Below the pieces are notes generated by a model. That model had not been told where the DNA came from and ran no database searches. It was given only the letters and a program-made list of their open reading frames with translations. 64,000 bases of DNA from an uncultured Actinomycetota bacterium (GTDB taxonomy: Bacteria > Actinomycetota > Actinomycetes > JAHEKZ01): contig CAWHIJ010000003.1 in the NCBI GenBank assembly GCA_963829525.1, forward strand, positions 1,856,001-1,920,000. Reading direction: 5' to 3'. Positions 63,366 to 64,000 of the stretch are shown piece by piece. How positions within the stretch are numbered: position 1 is the stretch's first letter; each line of letters begins with the position of its first letter. The translations under genes and the position numbers were made by a program.

Positions 63366-64000
63366 TCAGAGCCCCCGGACGCCGGCGATGAGGCGCAGCA
63401 TGAGGCTGCGGTTGACGGTGGGATCACGTTCGATGGCGCTGTCGCCGGCCGGAGCAGCGGCTGTGGCCACGCCTGCAGCACCGCCTGCTCCCCCGACCGA
63501 ACCTCCCGAGAGGGGCGCGGGCATGCCGGGCCCTCCTCCGACCGAAGTGGCGGCCGTCCCCGTTCCGGCAACGACTGGCGATGCGAATCCGGGGGCGCGA
63601 CCCGGTTCTGGATGGTCGACATCACGCGGAGGAAGGAAAGGCTCAGGGCGCGGTGGGACGACCTTGGCCGGGTCGTGCGCGCCCGGCAGCAGACCCGGGT
63701 CGGCTGTGGCAGCTGCCGGAGCGGGAACCGAGACGGGTGGGGCCGGTTGCGGCATCGGTACGGTCGGCGCAGTCGGAGGCGAGCGGGCCGCCGGCCGTTG
63801 CCGGAATGGTCGCGTCAGGAATGACCAGCCCCTGTGGCTGACCAGGGAAGGCACCATTGCCCGGTGGCCCCCTGAGGGGCGGCCGACTCAGCTGGCGGTG
63901 TGGCTGCGGCTGCTTCCAGCGGCGCCAGCAGTTGCTGCCGGCGCATGACGAGCGAGACGTGGTCGGGGCTTTCCTCGTCCCGCAGGACGAGCAGACCTCG
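63366..64000 (-). CDS. Partner protein upstream of the GTPase (possibly DUF4388/PATAN-type); 5' part outside the window, apparent frameshift near 63820-63870
   Basis: The frame from 64000 reads RGLLVLRDEESPDHVSLVMRRQQLLAPLE, then shifts into the Pro/Ala-rich ORF ending DPTVNRSLMLRLIAGVRGL*, 1 nt before the GTPase ATG. Confidence 0.55.

Overview
High-GC Actinomycetota chromosome segment, probably from a long-read assembly with residual indels. Most of it is conserved core genes: ctaB, tkt-tal, rbpA-secG-tpiA-pgk-gap-whiA-yvcK-rapZ-uvrC, uvrA, tandem terC, uvrB-coaE, rpsA, polA, a branched-chain amino acid-type ABC transporter, tRNA-Leu(CAA), and nusB-efp-pepQ-aroQBKC. It also carries two accessory blocks. 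The first is a sulfate-activation and glycan islet between coaE and rpsA: a priming glycosyltransferase, cysQ-cysD-cysN, and a CysC fused to an apparently dead ATP-sulfurylase domain. The second is a monoderm type IV pilus locus (pilB-T-C-A, three minor pilins, pilD, pilM-N-O and one more gene) headed by an MglA/CvnD-like small GTPase module. Main observations: five matching sigma28 (WhiG/FliA-type) promoters in the pilus locus, a c-di-GMP-I riboswitch in the pilA leader, a circularly permuted ABC substrate-binding lipoprotein, PafBC (RecA-NDp) promoters at uvrA, uvrB and polA, and frameshifts clustered in the minor pilin genes. All family assignments come from motif recognition by eye; no database search was run.
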